In this document: positions 46,656 through 55,041 of the stretch, piece after piece
How the letters are laid out: the number at the start of each line of letters is the position of its first letter
How positions within the stretch are numbered: position 1 is the first letter of the stretch
Source of the DNA: an uncultured Gammaproteobacteria bacterium
GTDB lineage: Bacteria > Patescibacteriota > Patescibacteriia > Magasanikbacterales > UBA922
Assembly (NCBI GenBank): GCA_964435035.1
Contig: CAYSXR010000001.1
Coordinates: forward strand, 144,192-208,191
Length of the DNA: 64,000 nt
Reading direction: 5' to 3'
Translations under genes and position numbers: made by a program
Notes under the pieces: model-generated
The model's database searches: none
Told to the model about the DNA's origin: nothing
Seen by the model: the letters and a program-made list of their open reading frames with translations, nothing else

Positions 46656-48104
46656 ATGATTGACCGCAACAAGAAGAGCAACAAGAAGAGCACGCCCGTG
46701 AAGGGCGGCGCTGCGGCGAACCCGCAGGCGATGGCAACCGTGGCGTCTCACAAGGACGACACGGCTCAGATCGATGTGGTGGTCGAGACCAATCCCGAGG
46801 CCGACAAGGTCGAGGGTGAGGTCAAGGCCGATGAAGAGGCGAAGGTCGAAGAGACCGTCGCCACCGCCCCGACCGAGAACGTCGAGAAGAGCGAGGAGCC
46901 GGCCGTTGTGGTCGACCCCGAGCCCGAGCTCGAGCAGAAGCGGAACTTCCGTAAGGAAGACCTCCGCCTCCGGTACAACGACAACCCGCAGGTGCTGCTC
47001 ACCTCCGCGGATCTCAGCGAAGAGGACAAGGTCCTCATCGGCGAGATCGCGAGCGAGCAGAACCAGGTCGTCCGCGACTATGCCGCGCTGGCACAGGAGC
47101 TGACCGACGAGAAGGACCAGCTCGAGCAGAAGCTCGACGCGACCAACTCCAAGCTGGGGAACGTCACCAACCTCATCGCGACCACGGTCAAGGAGACCGT
47201 GGGACAGGTGGACAAGGAGACGTCGGCCTTGATCGAAGGTCTGAAGATCGAGATCGAGGGCGTCATCGGCAAGGGTAACGGCGTGAAGAACGCCGTCACG
47301 AAGATCGGGGACGATGTCAACAAGGACATCGGCTCGCTCAAGGGTCAGGTCAACGCCAACGCCAAGTCGGTCAACGACAAGGTCGATGGGATGGCCGCGA
47401 TGCTCGGGAAGATCGACGAGAAGATCTCCGAGATCAAGTCCCCGCCGCCCCCGCAGCAGCCGCCGGCTCAGTCCAGCACCACCCCGTCCTCCGGATCCTC
47501 CGGGTGGCCGTGGGTCGTGGCCGTGGGCATCTTGCTCGCGGCCGTGATCGCGGTCTTCCTCCTGAACAAGGATGTGAAGATCGAGGTCCAGGTGCAGCAG
47601 CCGGCGGTGAACACCGTGAAGGGTGTGGTGCCGCCGGTGGTGGACAACGCTCTCGGGGTGACCTCGCAGCAGGTGACCCCGGGTGGACCGGGGAATCCGA
47701 TCGTGCCCACGGTGGTCGGTGCCACGTCCGAGGATCCCTGCAAGGGGAAGGTCGGTGGGGAGCTCGGGTCGTGTGTCCTTCAGCTGGAGAAGTTCCGGCC
47801 GAAGGGGTTCACTGATGCGCACTGGAACACGGTCGTCGAGACCTTCCAGAACGTCATCATGGTCCCCTTGAGCGTTCCGTTCAAGGACATCAAGCACCAC
47901 GACAAGGCCATCGAGCACAACATGAGGAAAGACGCGGCACTGCAGGCGTGCGTCGACGCATACGTCTTGAAGACGGATGATGTCGAGTCGAACGTCCGGT
48001 GTCAGCGGGCGGTCGATTGTCTGTTCACTTCGGTGGACGAGGCAGCACAGTGCTACATGACGCATACGCGCTCGATCACGGGCGTTTTGGTCACTGTCAA
48101 CTGA
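46656..48104 (+). CDS. Bitopic membrane protein: acidic coiled-coil N-domain, Pro-rich linker, TM, Cys-containing C-domain (island gene a)
   Basis: 482 aa with an SD upstream. TM helix WPWVVAVGILLAAVIAVFLL. Seven Cys residues, all C-terminal to the TM. Extreme GC3 codon usage (AAG/GAG/GAC/AAC/ATC). Confidence 0.75.
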   Translation: MIDRNKKSNKKSTPVKGGAAANPQAMATVASHKDDTAQIDVVVETNPEADKVEGEVKADEEAKVEETVATAPTENVEKSEEPAVVVDPEPELEQKRNFRKEDLRLRYNDNPQVLLTSADLSEEDKVLIGEIASEQNQVVRDYAALAQELTDEKDQLEQKLDATNSKLGNVTNLIATTVKETVGQVDKETSALIEGLKIEIEGVIGKGNGVKNAVTKIGDDVNKDIGSLKGQVNANAKSVNDKVDGMAAMLGKIDEKISEIKSPPPPQQPPAQSSTTPSSGSSGWPWVVAVGILLAAVIAVFLLNKDVKIEVQVQQPAVNTVKGVVPPVVDNALGVTSQQVTPGGPGNPIVPTVVGATSEDPCKGKVGGELGSCVLQLEKFRPKGFTDAHWNTVVETFQNVIMVPLSVPFKDIKHHDKAIEHNMRKDAALQACVDAYVLKTDDVESNVRCQRAVDCLFTSVDEAAQCYMTHTRSITGVLVTVN

Positions 48105-48119
48105 ACCTCAACCCAACTA

Positions 48120-48145
48120 GTCCGACCTCCCTCGGGAGGTCGGAC
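48120..48145 (+). other. Intercistronic GC hairpin
   Basis: gtccgacctcc-ctcg-ggaggtcggac forms a perfect 11-bp stem between island genes a and b. No T-run, so probably not a full terminator. Confidence 0.5.
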
Positions 48146-48159
48146 ACAGGAGAACAGAC

Positions 48160-49095
48160 ATGAAGCAGCTCGTCGCGAAGATCGTGGTTTATTACATCGT
48201 ACTTCTCTCGGCGTCGGCCTTCGGCTCGACGCCGAACCCCGGTGACCAGTTCGACCTGATCCAGGGAGGGATCCCGGCGAAGGTCGAGGTCACGCAGCAG
48301 GAGATCAAGGCGATGGACACGTCCATCGACCAGCTCCTGAAGCGCACCGGCGGTCTCCTCAAGAAGGACGCCGAGCTCAAGAAGGAGCTCGAGGACCTCA
48401 AGAAGGAGCTCGAGGACCTCAAGAGCAAGCTCGACAAGGTGGTGAAGCCGGGTGATCTCACGGTCATCCGAGTGGATCTGGGAAGGTTGTGGACGCAAGT
48501 CAACAACCATGGACAGCGCCTCACCGAGCTCGAGCAGGACGTCGAAGATCTGAAGAGGAGCGACAAGGCTCAGGACGATCGACTCGGTGATCACGACCAG
48601 AAAATCGAGGACATCAACAAGCGCCTCGATCGAGGTCTCGGAGTGAAGTTCGGCATCGGAGCCTATGGCGTCTACGGGACGCAAGGCTCGATCAACGGTG
48701 GAGCTTCGGCTCGGCTGAGGATCCCGCTGTCCGGTGGATGGCAAGCGATCGTCAATGGCGGAGTCGGCGGCAACCATCAGGGAGCTTCAGGATTCGCCGA
48801 TCTGTCGGTCGGCTACCAGTTCGCGAGCGGCATCTACCTGGGGGCAACCCTCGGTATCGACGCCAACTGCGACGGTATGTGCACCAGGCTCCTCACGGAG
48901 ATCTGGGGCGCAGGTCCCGACATCGGCTACCTGTCCGACGATGGACTCTTCATCCGGGCTCGTGTGCTCTTCGGGAGCGAGTGGATCAAGGGTCCGACGA
49001 TGCAGATCGAGTACCCGGATCGTACGGTCTTCAAGACCGACGAGTCCCGGGAGTTCGGCATCTCGGCTTTGATCCAGCTCGGTCACGAGTTCTAG
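48160..49095 (+). CDS. Signal-peptide protein with coiled coil and C-terminal OMP-like beta-barrel ending in Phe (island gene b)
   Basis: 311 aa with signal peptide ..LLSASAFG and heptads ELKKELEDLKKELEDLKSKLD. The last 150 aa or so have alternating Gly/aromatic beta-strand patterns and end ..ALIQLGHEF. Confidence 0.7.
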   Translation: MKQLVAKIVVYYIVLLSASAFGSTPNPGDQFDLIQGGIPAKVEVTQQEIKAMDTSIDQLLKRTGGLLKKDAELKKELEDLKKELEDLKSKLDKVVKPGDLTVIRVDLGRLWTQVNNHGQRLTELEQDVEDLKRSDKAQDDRLGDHDQKIEDINKRLDRGLGVKFGIGAYGVYGTQGSINGGASARLRIPLSGGWQAIVNGGVGGNHQGASGFADLSVGYQFASGIYLGATLGIDANCDGMCTRLLTEIWGAGPDIGYLSDDGLFIRARVLFGSEWIKGPTMQIEYPDRTVFKTDESREFGISALIQLGHEF

Positions 49096-49346
49096 ACTTC
49101 AAGATTCGGGGAGTGTCTCTACTCCCCGGACCCCTCACCTCGCCGACTTCAAGGCAGAAGGGATAAGACAATGAGACAAACACTCGAGTAAACGGCGTGG
49201 TCGCACAACGCGGCCCCCAATACTGGAGCATGGGCGATATTTCGAAAGAAATGTCGCCCCTCGCACAGCGTATATCAGTCTCTGGTATGCGATGACGAGA
49301 AAAGCATCTCACGTAAATCCCGACTAAATCGGGACACGTGACAAGC

Positions 49347-49375
49347 TTGACAAACGAGAGTATTTATGCTATACT
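49347..49375 (+). promoter_or_regulatory. Consensus sigma70-type promoter (TTGACA-17-TATACT)
   Basis: gcTTGACAaacgagagtatttatgcTATACTaag, located inside an AT-rich spacer of the GC-rich island. Confidence 0.7.
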
Positions 49376-49498
49376 AAGCTGTTACAAAATAAAGAAGTGC
49401 CATGGGAAATCTCGATGTAGTCGGGGTATCTATGGTAGATCGTCATGCACTGCATGGTGGTCCATTGAACCTTACAATATATGCGAAATGTATAAAAA

Positions 49499-49543
49499 GC
49501 TTGAAAGGCTAGAAAGGCCGGAAAGGCTTGAAATGCTAGAGAA
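49499..49543 (+). repeat. Five tandem 9-nt repeats (GCYNGAAAG) in a 5' leader
   Basis: gcttgaaag gctagaaag gccggaaag gcttgaaat gctagagaa. Confidence 0.75.
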
Positions 49544-49551
49544 CGTATCTT

Positions 49552-49677
49552 GTGACGTGAAGAAAGAAATTTTCAATAAGAATTTTTTCTTAGCGTCACG
49601 AGGAGTTCTCAGGCGTGAAAACTTCTCGTGTGGTACACGAGGAAGCAACAACAAAACCCCGATTGAATCGGGGAGGA
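49552..49677 (+). promoter_or_regulatory. Leader with mutually exclusive hairpins and a hairpin abutting the SD
   Basis: gtgacg...cgtcac hairpin. cttctcgtg (49622-30) can pair with cacgaggag (49597-605) or with cacgaggaag (49636-45). ccccga-ttgaa-tcgggg overlaps the 5' edge of SD ggaggag. Confidence 0.45.
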
Positions 49678-49685
49678 GAAGAGTC

Positions 49686-51452
49686 ATGAAGAAGTTCAAC
49701 AAGTTCCTGTTCGTCGTCATGTTCATCTCGTTCGTCGCGGCCATCACGGGCTGCGCCGATCACGGTGGCGAGACGGTCGTCGTCAAGGGTGACGATGGGG
49801 AGAGCGTCAAGCTCTGCCCCGAGGAGCATCAGTGCTCCTCGGCCGAGTTCTGCAACTCGCAGGGTCTCTGCGTCATCCCCGGTGCCAACGGCACCAACGG
49901 CGAGGACTTCGAGCGATGCTCGAATAGTCGTGGTGACTGTGTCGGTAACGAGCTCTGCAACTCGCAGGGCGTGTGTGTGCTCGAAGGTCCGCAAGGGCCG
50001 GCGGGGGAGTCCTGTACCGTGTCGACGAAGGTCGACGGGTGCTTCTTCCTCTACTGTGGCGCAAGCGTCACGGAGATCTGCGACGGCGAGGACGGTGTGT
50101 CCTGCACGGTCGCAGGGCAGCCGGACGGCAGCGCTCAGGTCGAGTGCTCGGACGGTTCGTTCGCGACCATCCTCCCCGGACAAGACGGCGAGGACGGTCT
50201 CAACGGCACGAGCTGCACGGCCTCGACGGTCAAAGGTTGCCTCGTGGTGACCTGCGGAACGCAGTCGACGGAGATCTGCCCGGAGGATCTTCCGGATCCC
50301 GAGCCGGTCGACGGCTGCCAGAAGGACTCGGACTGCACGGACGGCAGCGAGTGCACCAACGACATCTGCGATCTCAACACCGGCACCTGCCGGTACGTGT
50401 CGCAGGTGTGTGATGACGGCGTCGCCTGCACCAACGACTGGTGTGACACGAACGGCTACTGCCGTTCGACCGCGGACAATGATCAGTGCAGCGGCGGCGA
50501 CTTCTGCTTGCCGACCGGTTACTGGTTTTGGTCCTCGGCGGTGGGTTCTGAGGAACTCGCTGACGGAGGCTGTTACGAGTGCCGCTGGGACTCTGATTGT
50601 GCCGACGGCGACGCGTGTACGGTCGACACCTGCGACGCGGGTGTTTGCAAGAAGGAAACGCGCGAGTGCCCCACGGGTGCGACGTGCGTCGAGTACTCGA
50701 GCAACTACTACGACGACTCGGAGTGGAACTACGTGTGCCAGGACAATCCGTCGTGCAGCAACAACAGCCAGTGCGACGACGGCAAGTACTGGACGACGGA
50801 TGCGTGCGTGGCCGGGGAGTGTGTCTACACCCAGGTGTCGTGCAACGACAACAACGCATGCACCGTGGACACGGTGAACTCGAGTGGGCAGTGCACCTAC
50901 GCCCAGATCTCGTGCGACGATGGCAAATCCGCCACGGTCGACACGTGCTCTGCGAATACGGGGTGCGTACACACGCCGGTGAACACCGGCTGCGAGCACG
51001 ATCTCGATTGCGATGACGTCGACGGTACGACCACGGACCTGTGCGAGGACAACGGGAGCTGTACACATACTCCCAATGCCCAGTGCAAGTCCCTGACGGT
51101 CAAGGTCGGCTGGGCCATCCTGTGGTCGCGCGGTCCCGAGATCGGAACCACCAATGTCCCGATGGGCAACTGGCGTAGCTGCGAGGAAGACGAGGCGGAG
51201 AACTGCCGTACCATGTCGTGGTGCGGTGACGACATCGTGGAGTTCAATGTTCAGCAGATGCCGAACGTGGCAGGTGCCGACTGGCTCGTGAAGAACGAGA
51301 AAGGCGACAGCCCTTGCACGTCGAACGCAGATGCGACCTTGAACTACACGCCCGCTGATCTCTTCGTCGGGGCGACGCCGGTGCAGAAGGGCTGTTCGCT
51401 CTTCTGCGACCCGAACGGGTACACCAACTACACCTGCGATTCCGCGGAGTAG
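49686..51452 (+). CDS. Cys-rich repeat lipoprotein (island gene c)
   Basis: Start MKKFNKFLFVVMFISFVAAITGC (lipobox) follows SD ggggaggag. Repeats of the form C.(D/N)D.C....G.C, resembling Dictyostelium-CTDC-type units. The ORF-track start at 49338 was rejected. Confidence 0.75.
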   Translation: MKKFNKFLFVVMFISFVAAITGCADHGGETVVVKGDDGESVKLCPEEHQCSSAEFCNSQGLCVIPGANGTNGEDFERCSNSRGDCVGNELCNSQGVCVLEGPQGPAGESCTVSTKVDGCFFLYCGASVTEICDGEDGVSCTVAGQPDGSAQVECSDGSFATILPGQDGEDGLNGTSCTASTVKGCLVVTCGTQSTEICPEDLPDPEPVDGCQKDSDCTDGSECTNDICDLNTGTCRYVSQVCDDGVACTNDWCDTNGYCRSTADNDQCSGGDFCLPTGYWFWSSAVGSEELADGGCYECRWDSDCADGDACTVDTCDAGVCKKETRECPTGATCVEYSSNYYDDSEWNYVCQDNPSCSNNSQCDDGKYWTTDACVAGECVYTQVSCNDNNACTVDTVNSSGQCTYAQISCDDGKSATVDTCSANTGCVHTPVNTGCEHDLDCDDVDGTTTDLCEDNGSCTHTPNAQCKSLTVKVGWAILWSRGPEIGTTNVPMGNWRSCEEDEAENCRTMSWCGDDIVEFNVQQMPNVAGADWLVKNEKGDSPCTSNADATLNYTPADLFVGATPVQKGCSLFCDPNGYTNYTCDSAE

Positions 51453-51669
51453 TCGTACCCACAAACATTTCGTGTAAAAGCTTTGAGTAGCCTAGCTACC
51501 AGACTCAAAGTTCAATCAACGTAGCGGGAGGGGGCACAAGCGTTCATCTGAATTGCGCAAGCGATTCAGTGACGAGTGCCTCCCTCCCATTCCAACATAT
51601 CTTTATCAAAATTCAGAACTCAGATTACAGTGAGAGACTAGTGAGTATTGGTAGAGAGATGTGGGGATG

Positions 51670-51727
51670 GAAAATTCAAAACTTAAAACTTAAAACTCAA
51701 AATTTAGATTTAAGTTGTGAGTTATTA
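51670..51727. repeat. A/T-word intergenic repeat (family C, copy 2) inside the GC-rich island
   Basis: gaaaattcaaaacttaaaacttaaaactcaaaatttagatttaagttgtgag. Confidence 0.55.
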
Positions 51728-51795
51728 CAAACCCTTTCCATCATTATGATGGTTTCAATTCCCCTCAACCGCGACGACAGAAATGTCACGCGCGG

Positions 51796-51821
51796 AAAAA
51801 ACCCGCGCATGCGGGTTTTTT
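51796..51821. terminator. Strong bidirectional terminator
   Basis: aaaaaacccgc-gcat-gcgggtttttt. Confidence 0.85.
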
Positions 51822-51913
51822 AAATTCCATTACCTCGGGTATATCGTATAATGATGGTATATCTATGGTAGAGGAATTCTACACGCCAGTTCACAAAAAC
51901 CAGGAGGGGACAC

Positions 51914-52651
51914 ATGTTGGGTATGACGTTTCGTTTGTTTGTTTTCTGTCTCACCGTGTTCACCGCCGCATGCATCGAGGATATGCGGCGGGAGGAAGCG
52001 TCCATGGTCCAGGTCGATACGTCGACTGGCATCATGGATATGGTGGAGGAAGTCAAAGACGTACCAGATTCACGGGTCCGTGATCGGTATGATATCGAAT
52101 TTCCTCCTACAGCCGACGAGTGTGTCGTCGATGAATTCATCGCAGAGGGAAGCCCTTGCGATGATGGCGATGCATGCACGATCGATGTCTGTATCCAGGG
52201 CATGTGTCGTAATCGAGCTATCGACTGCGACGACGGAAATCCCTGGACGGATGACGAGTGCATCGTCGACACTGGGGCGTGCTCCAGTGTACATCGGGTG
52301 ACTCATTTCACCGTTCGCGCGGAGCGTCCGGGAAAGGTGAAGCTTTGGTATGGGAATCACACCGAGCCAGAGACCTATCCCATGAACTCGAGCTTCGAGA
52401 TCCAGAAGATGGATCTCTGCGTCGAGAACCGTGTGCTCACGCTCGCGGTAGAGGACGAAGAGTTCCCGGGAACCTACTGGGGTTGTAACCCTGGCCTTCC
52501 TTCGAAGAGGGAACTCGCAGTCGAGATCGACGGGGTGGACACGCCCGGTTATTTCGCTGCGGATCTCGGATGGGAGGTGCCCAACTCTGCGTGTGGTGGG
52601 AAGGGAGAGGGTGACCTCTACTTCTTGCGGGCGCAACTCGCATGTGACTGA
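51914..52651 (+). CDS. Small Cys-rich lipoprotein sharing the C-terminal domain of gene e (island gene d)
   Basis: SD aggagggg upstream. Signal peptide ..LTVFTAAC. Two Cys-rich units (CDDGDACTIDVC, CDDGNPWTDDEC). The C-domain motif CNPGLPSKRELAVEIDGV matches CNPGFPSKSTLTVMVNGV in gene e. Confidence 0.7.
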   Translation: MLGMTFRLFVFCLTVFTAACIEDMRREEASMVQVDTSTGIMDMVEEVKDVPDSRVRDRYDIEFPPTADECVVDEFIAEGSPCDDGDACTIDVCIQGMCRNRAIDCDDGNPWTDDECIVDTGACSSVHRVTHFTVRAERPGKVKLWYGNHTEPETYPMNSSFEIQKMDLCVENRVLTLAVEDEEFPGTYWGCNPGLPSKRELAVEIDGVDTPGYFAADLGWEVPNSACGGKGEGDLYFLRAQLACD

Positions 52652-52739
52652 TGACCGGGTGTCTCGCGAAGGATAGGATGGCGTATACGCTATGCTGTCC
52701 ACCTTCGCGAGCACCACTAATTCAACAAATAGAATTATA

Positions 52740-52768
52740 TTGACAAAATACTCTTTTCCTGATATGTT
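52740..52768 (+). promoter_or_regulatory. Putative promoter (TTGACA-17-TATGTT)
   Basis: The -35 is consensus and the -10 is weak. A leader of about 220 nt follows, with the long hairpin ctagagg..ccctctag (52881-52946). Confidence 0.45.
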
Positions 52769-52998
52769 GATACGATTGTATCTACGCATATCGGATATCT
52801 AGAGAGGTATCTGGTATGCGCCACTGGAGAATCATTCTCAAGTGTGTATGTTCATTATAATCACATAAGTTTTTTGTTCAGCTAGAGGATGGGTGCAGAT
52901 AGAGGTATATGTAACATATCTTGTATCGATAGCCACCCTCTAGCTGAGACACAGTGTCACTGCTGGAGTTCAACGGCCTCACAACGGAGGAAGGCCAA

Positions 52999-55041
52999 AT
53001 GCGTCTGAAGAACAACAACAACCGGATGTTCATCATCACGGTTGCCCTCGCCATGGGGTTCATGGCGGCGTGCACGGAACACGGCGGCGACGAGCCGATC
53101 GTGGTCGTGATGAAGGCGGACCTCGACCTCGACGAGGTCCCCAACAACGTCGACAACTGCCCGGGGGACAACAACCCCGATCAGTTGGACACCGACGGCG
53201 ACGGCATGGGCGATGCGTGCGACAACGACGTCGACGGCGACGGGGTCTTGAACCCCGCCGACAACTGCCCCGACAACTTCAACCCCGACCAGGCGAACCT
53301 CGACAAGGTCCTGGCCGACAGCGGCAACGTCACCGTGGTCGCGGATCTCTTCGGAGACGTCTGCGACAACGACGACGACGGCGACGTGGTCTGCGACCCC
53401 TGGCTCGGCGTGGACGGGTGGGAAGAATTCCATCCCGGTCAGGGCGAGACGTGTCAGGGCGAGGACAACTGTCCCGACGTCGCCAACGCCGACCAGGCGA
53501 ACCTCGACAAGGACTTCGAGGGCGACGTCTGCGACAACGACGTCGACGGCGACGGCGACCTCAACGGCGCAGACAACTGCCCGCTCGTGACCAACGCCGA
53601 CCAGGCAAACCTGGATCGGGACGACTGGGGCGACGCCTGCGACACCGACGACGACAACGACAGCTTCTGCGACGAAGCTGCCCCCGTCTCGATGCCGCGA
53701 AATGCGCCCGCGATGCCCCTCTGCGAGGGCGAGGACAACTGCCCCCGCTTCAAGAACGCGGGACAGGAAGACATGGACGAGGACGGCATGGGCGACGTCT
53801 GCGACGACGACTGCGACGGGGACCTCTACCCCGAAGCGTCGCCCTGGGATTTCCCCAACCTGTCGTGCTTCGTGTATTGCAATCCGGAAGGTCCGGGAAC
53901 CGAGTGCGACGACGCGAACACGTGCACCACGGACACCTGCAACGGGCAGGGCGTTTGCGAGTACGTGTTCACGCAGTCCGAGACGTGCGAATGCGTCTTG
54001 GACTCCGACTGCGAGCCGACCGACGCCTGCGTCACCGAGATGGCGTGCGTGGAAAACACGTGCGTCGAGACCGGATGGAAGGTCCTGACCGACGGGGACA
54101 ACTGCACCATCGACACCTGTGATCCCTCGACCGGCGTGGTCACCCACGTCGAGAAGGACTGTGGTGGGGACCTCTGCGGAGGAGGCCTCTCGTGTAACCG
54201 CATGACCGGAGAGTGCAGCACACCCGTGCCGCAAATTCCGATCAACGACAGCAACGCCTGCACCACCGACGCGTGCGATCCCGAGACCGGCGTGGTCACC
54301 CACGTCGCGATCGTCTGCGACGATGGGAACGCATGCAACGGCACCGAGACGTGCAACCCGGCTTCCGGGTGCGTCGCGGGTACGCCGCTCACGTGCGATG
54401 ACGGAAGCGTCTGCACGATCGACAGTTGTTCGGCAAACACCTGCCAACACGTGGCGGTGACGACGAACGACAACAACATGTGCACCACCGACACCTGCGA
54501 TCCCGAGATGGGGGTGCAGCACACGGCGGTGGTGTGCAACGACGTGAACTCCAACACCACCGACACCTGCGATCCGGCGACGGGTTGCGTGCACACGCCG
54601 ACGGGGAACTGCACGGTCAACGCGGATTGCAACGACAGCAATCCCCTGACCTACGACACCTGCGTCGCGCTCGTCTGCCAACATGTGGAAGGTGTCCGCG
54701 TGCAGGTCTCGTCGACCGACACGTCGGAGACCTGGCAGGTCAATTTCTACTACAACGGTACGACGATCTCCGGCAACCTGCCCTTCGACGGGACCTTGCC
54801 GAAGACGCTCGCATGCAGCTGGGGCGCCGACATCGCCGTCAACCGTCCGAGCACGAACTTGTTCTTGGACTGCAACCCGGGGTTCCCCTCGAAGTCCACC
54901 CTGACCGTCATGGTCAATGGTGTCACGAAGGCGAACGACTTCCAGGTTCGTTCGCAGGCATGCGACGGCGCTCCGCCGGGCAACCTGTGGCTCTCCGACG
55001 AGAGCGGTGACAACGACCTGGGATGCCCCGCGGCACCCTAG
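52999..55041 (+). CDS. Lipoprotein with thrombospondin-type-3-like Ca-binding repeats and Cys-rich repeats (island gene e)
   Basis: SD ggaggaagg, then MRLKNNNNRMFIITVALAMGFMAAC. Repeated DNCPxxxNxDQxDxDxDGxGDxCDxDxDGD units, then repeated CxxDxCDPxTGxxH units. The mature N-terminus CTEHGGDE resembles CADHGGE of gene c. Confidence 0.75.
   Translation: MRLKNNNNRMFIITVALAMGFMAACTEHGGDEPIVVVMKADLDLDEVPNNVDNCPGDNNPDQLDTDGDGMGDACDNDVDGDGVLNPADNCPDNFNPDQANLDKVLADSGNVTVVADLFGDVCDNDDDGDVVCDPWLGVDGWEEFHPGQGETCQGEDNCPDVANADQANLDKDFEGDVCDNDVDGDGDLNGADNCPLVTNADQANLDRDDWGDACDTDDDNDSFCDEAAPVSMPRNAPAMPLCEGEDNCPRFKNAGQEDMDEDGMGDVCDDDCDGDLYPEASPWDFPNLSCFVYCNPEGPGTECDDANTCTTDTCNGQGVCEYVFTQSETCECVLDSDCEPTDACVTEMACVENTCVETGWKVLTDGDNCTIDTCDPSTGVVTHVEKDCGGDLCGGGLSCNRMTGECSTPVPQIPINDSNACTTDACDPETGVVTHVAIVCDDGNACNGTETCNPASGCVAGTPLTCDDGSVCTIDSCSANTCQHVAVTTNDNNMCTTDTCDPEMGVQHTAVVCNDVNSNTTDTCDPATGCVHTPTGNCTVNADCNDSNPLTYDTCVALVCQHVEGVRVQVSSTDTSETWQVNFYYNGTTISGNLPFDGTLPKTLACSWGADIAVNRPSTNLFLDCNPGFPSKSTLTVMVNGVTKANDFQVRSQACDGAPPGNLWLSDESGDNDLGCPAAP

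Noticed and set aside
49338-49685. N-terminal extension of island gene c (ORF-track start 49338, 704 aa), and likewise the 52954 start for gene e.
   Set aside because: The extension is AT-rich leader sequence containing the promoter, the tandem 9-mers and the hairpins. The SD ggggaggag and a canonical lipoprotein signal begin at ATG 49686. Gene e has SD ggaggaagg before ATG 52999.
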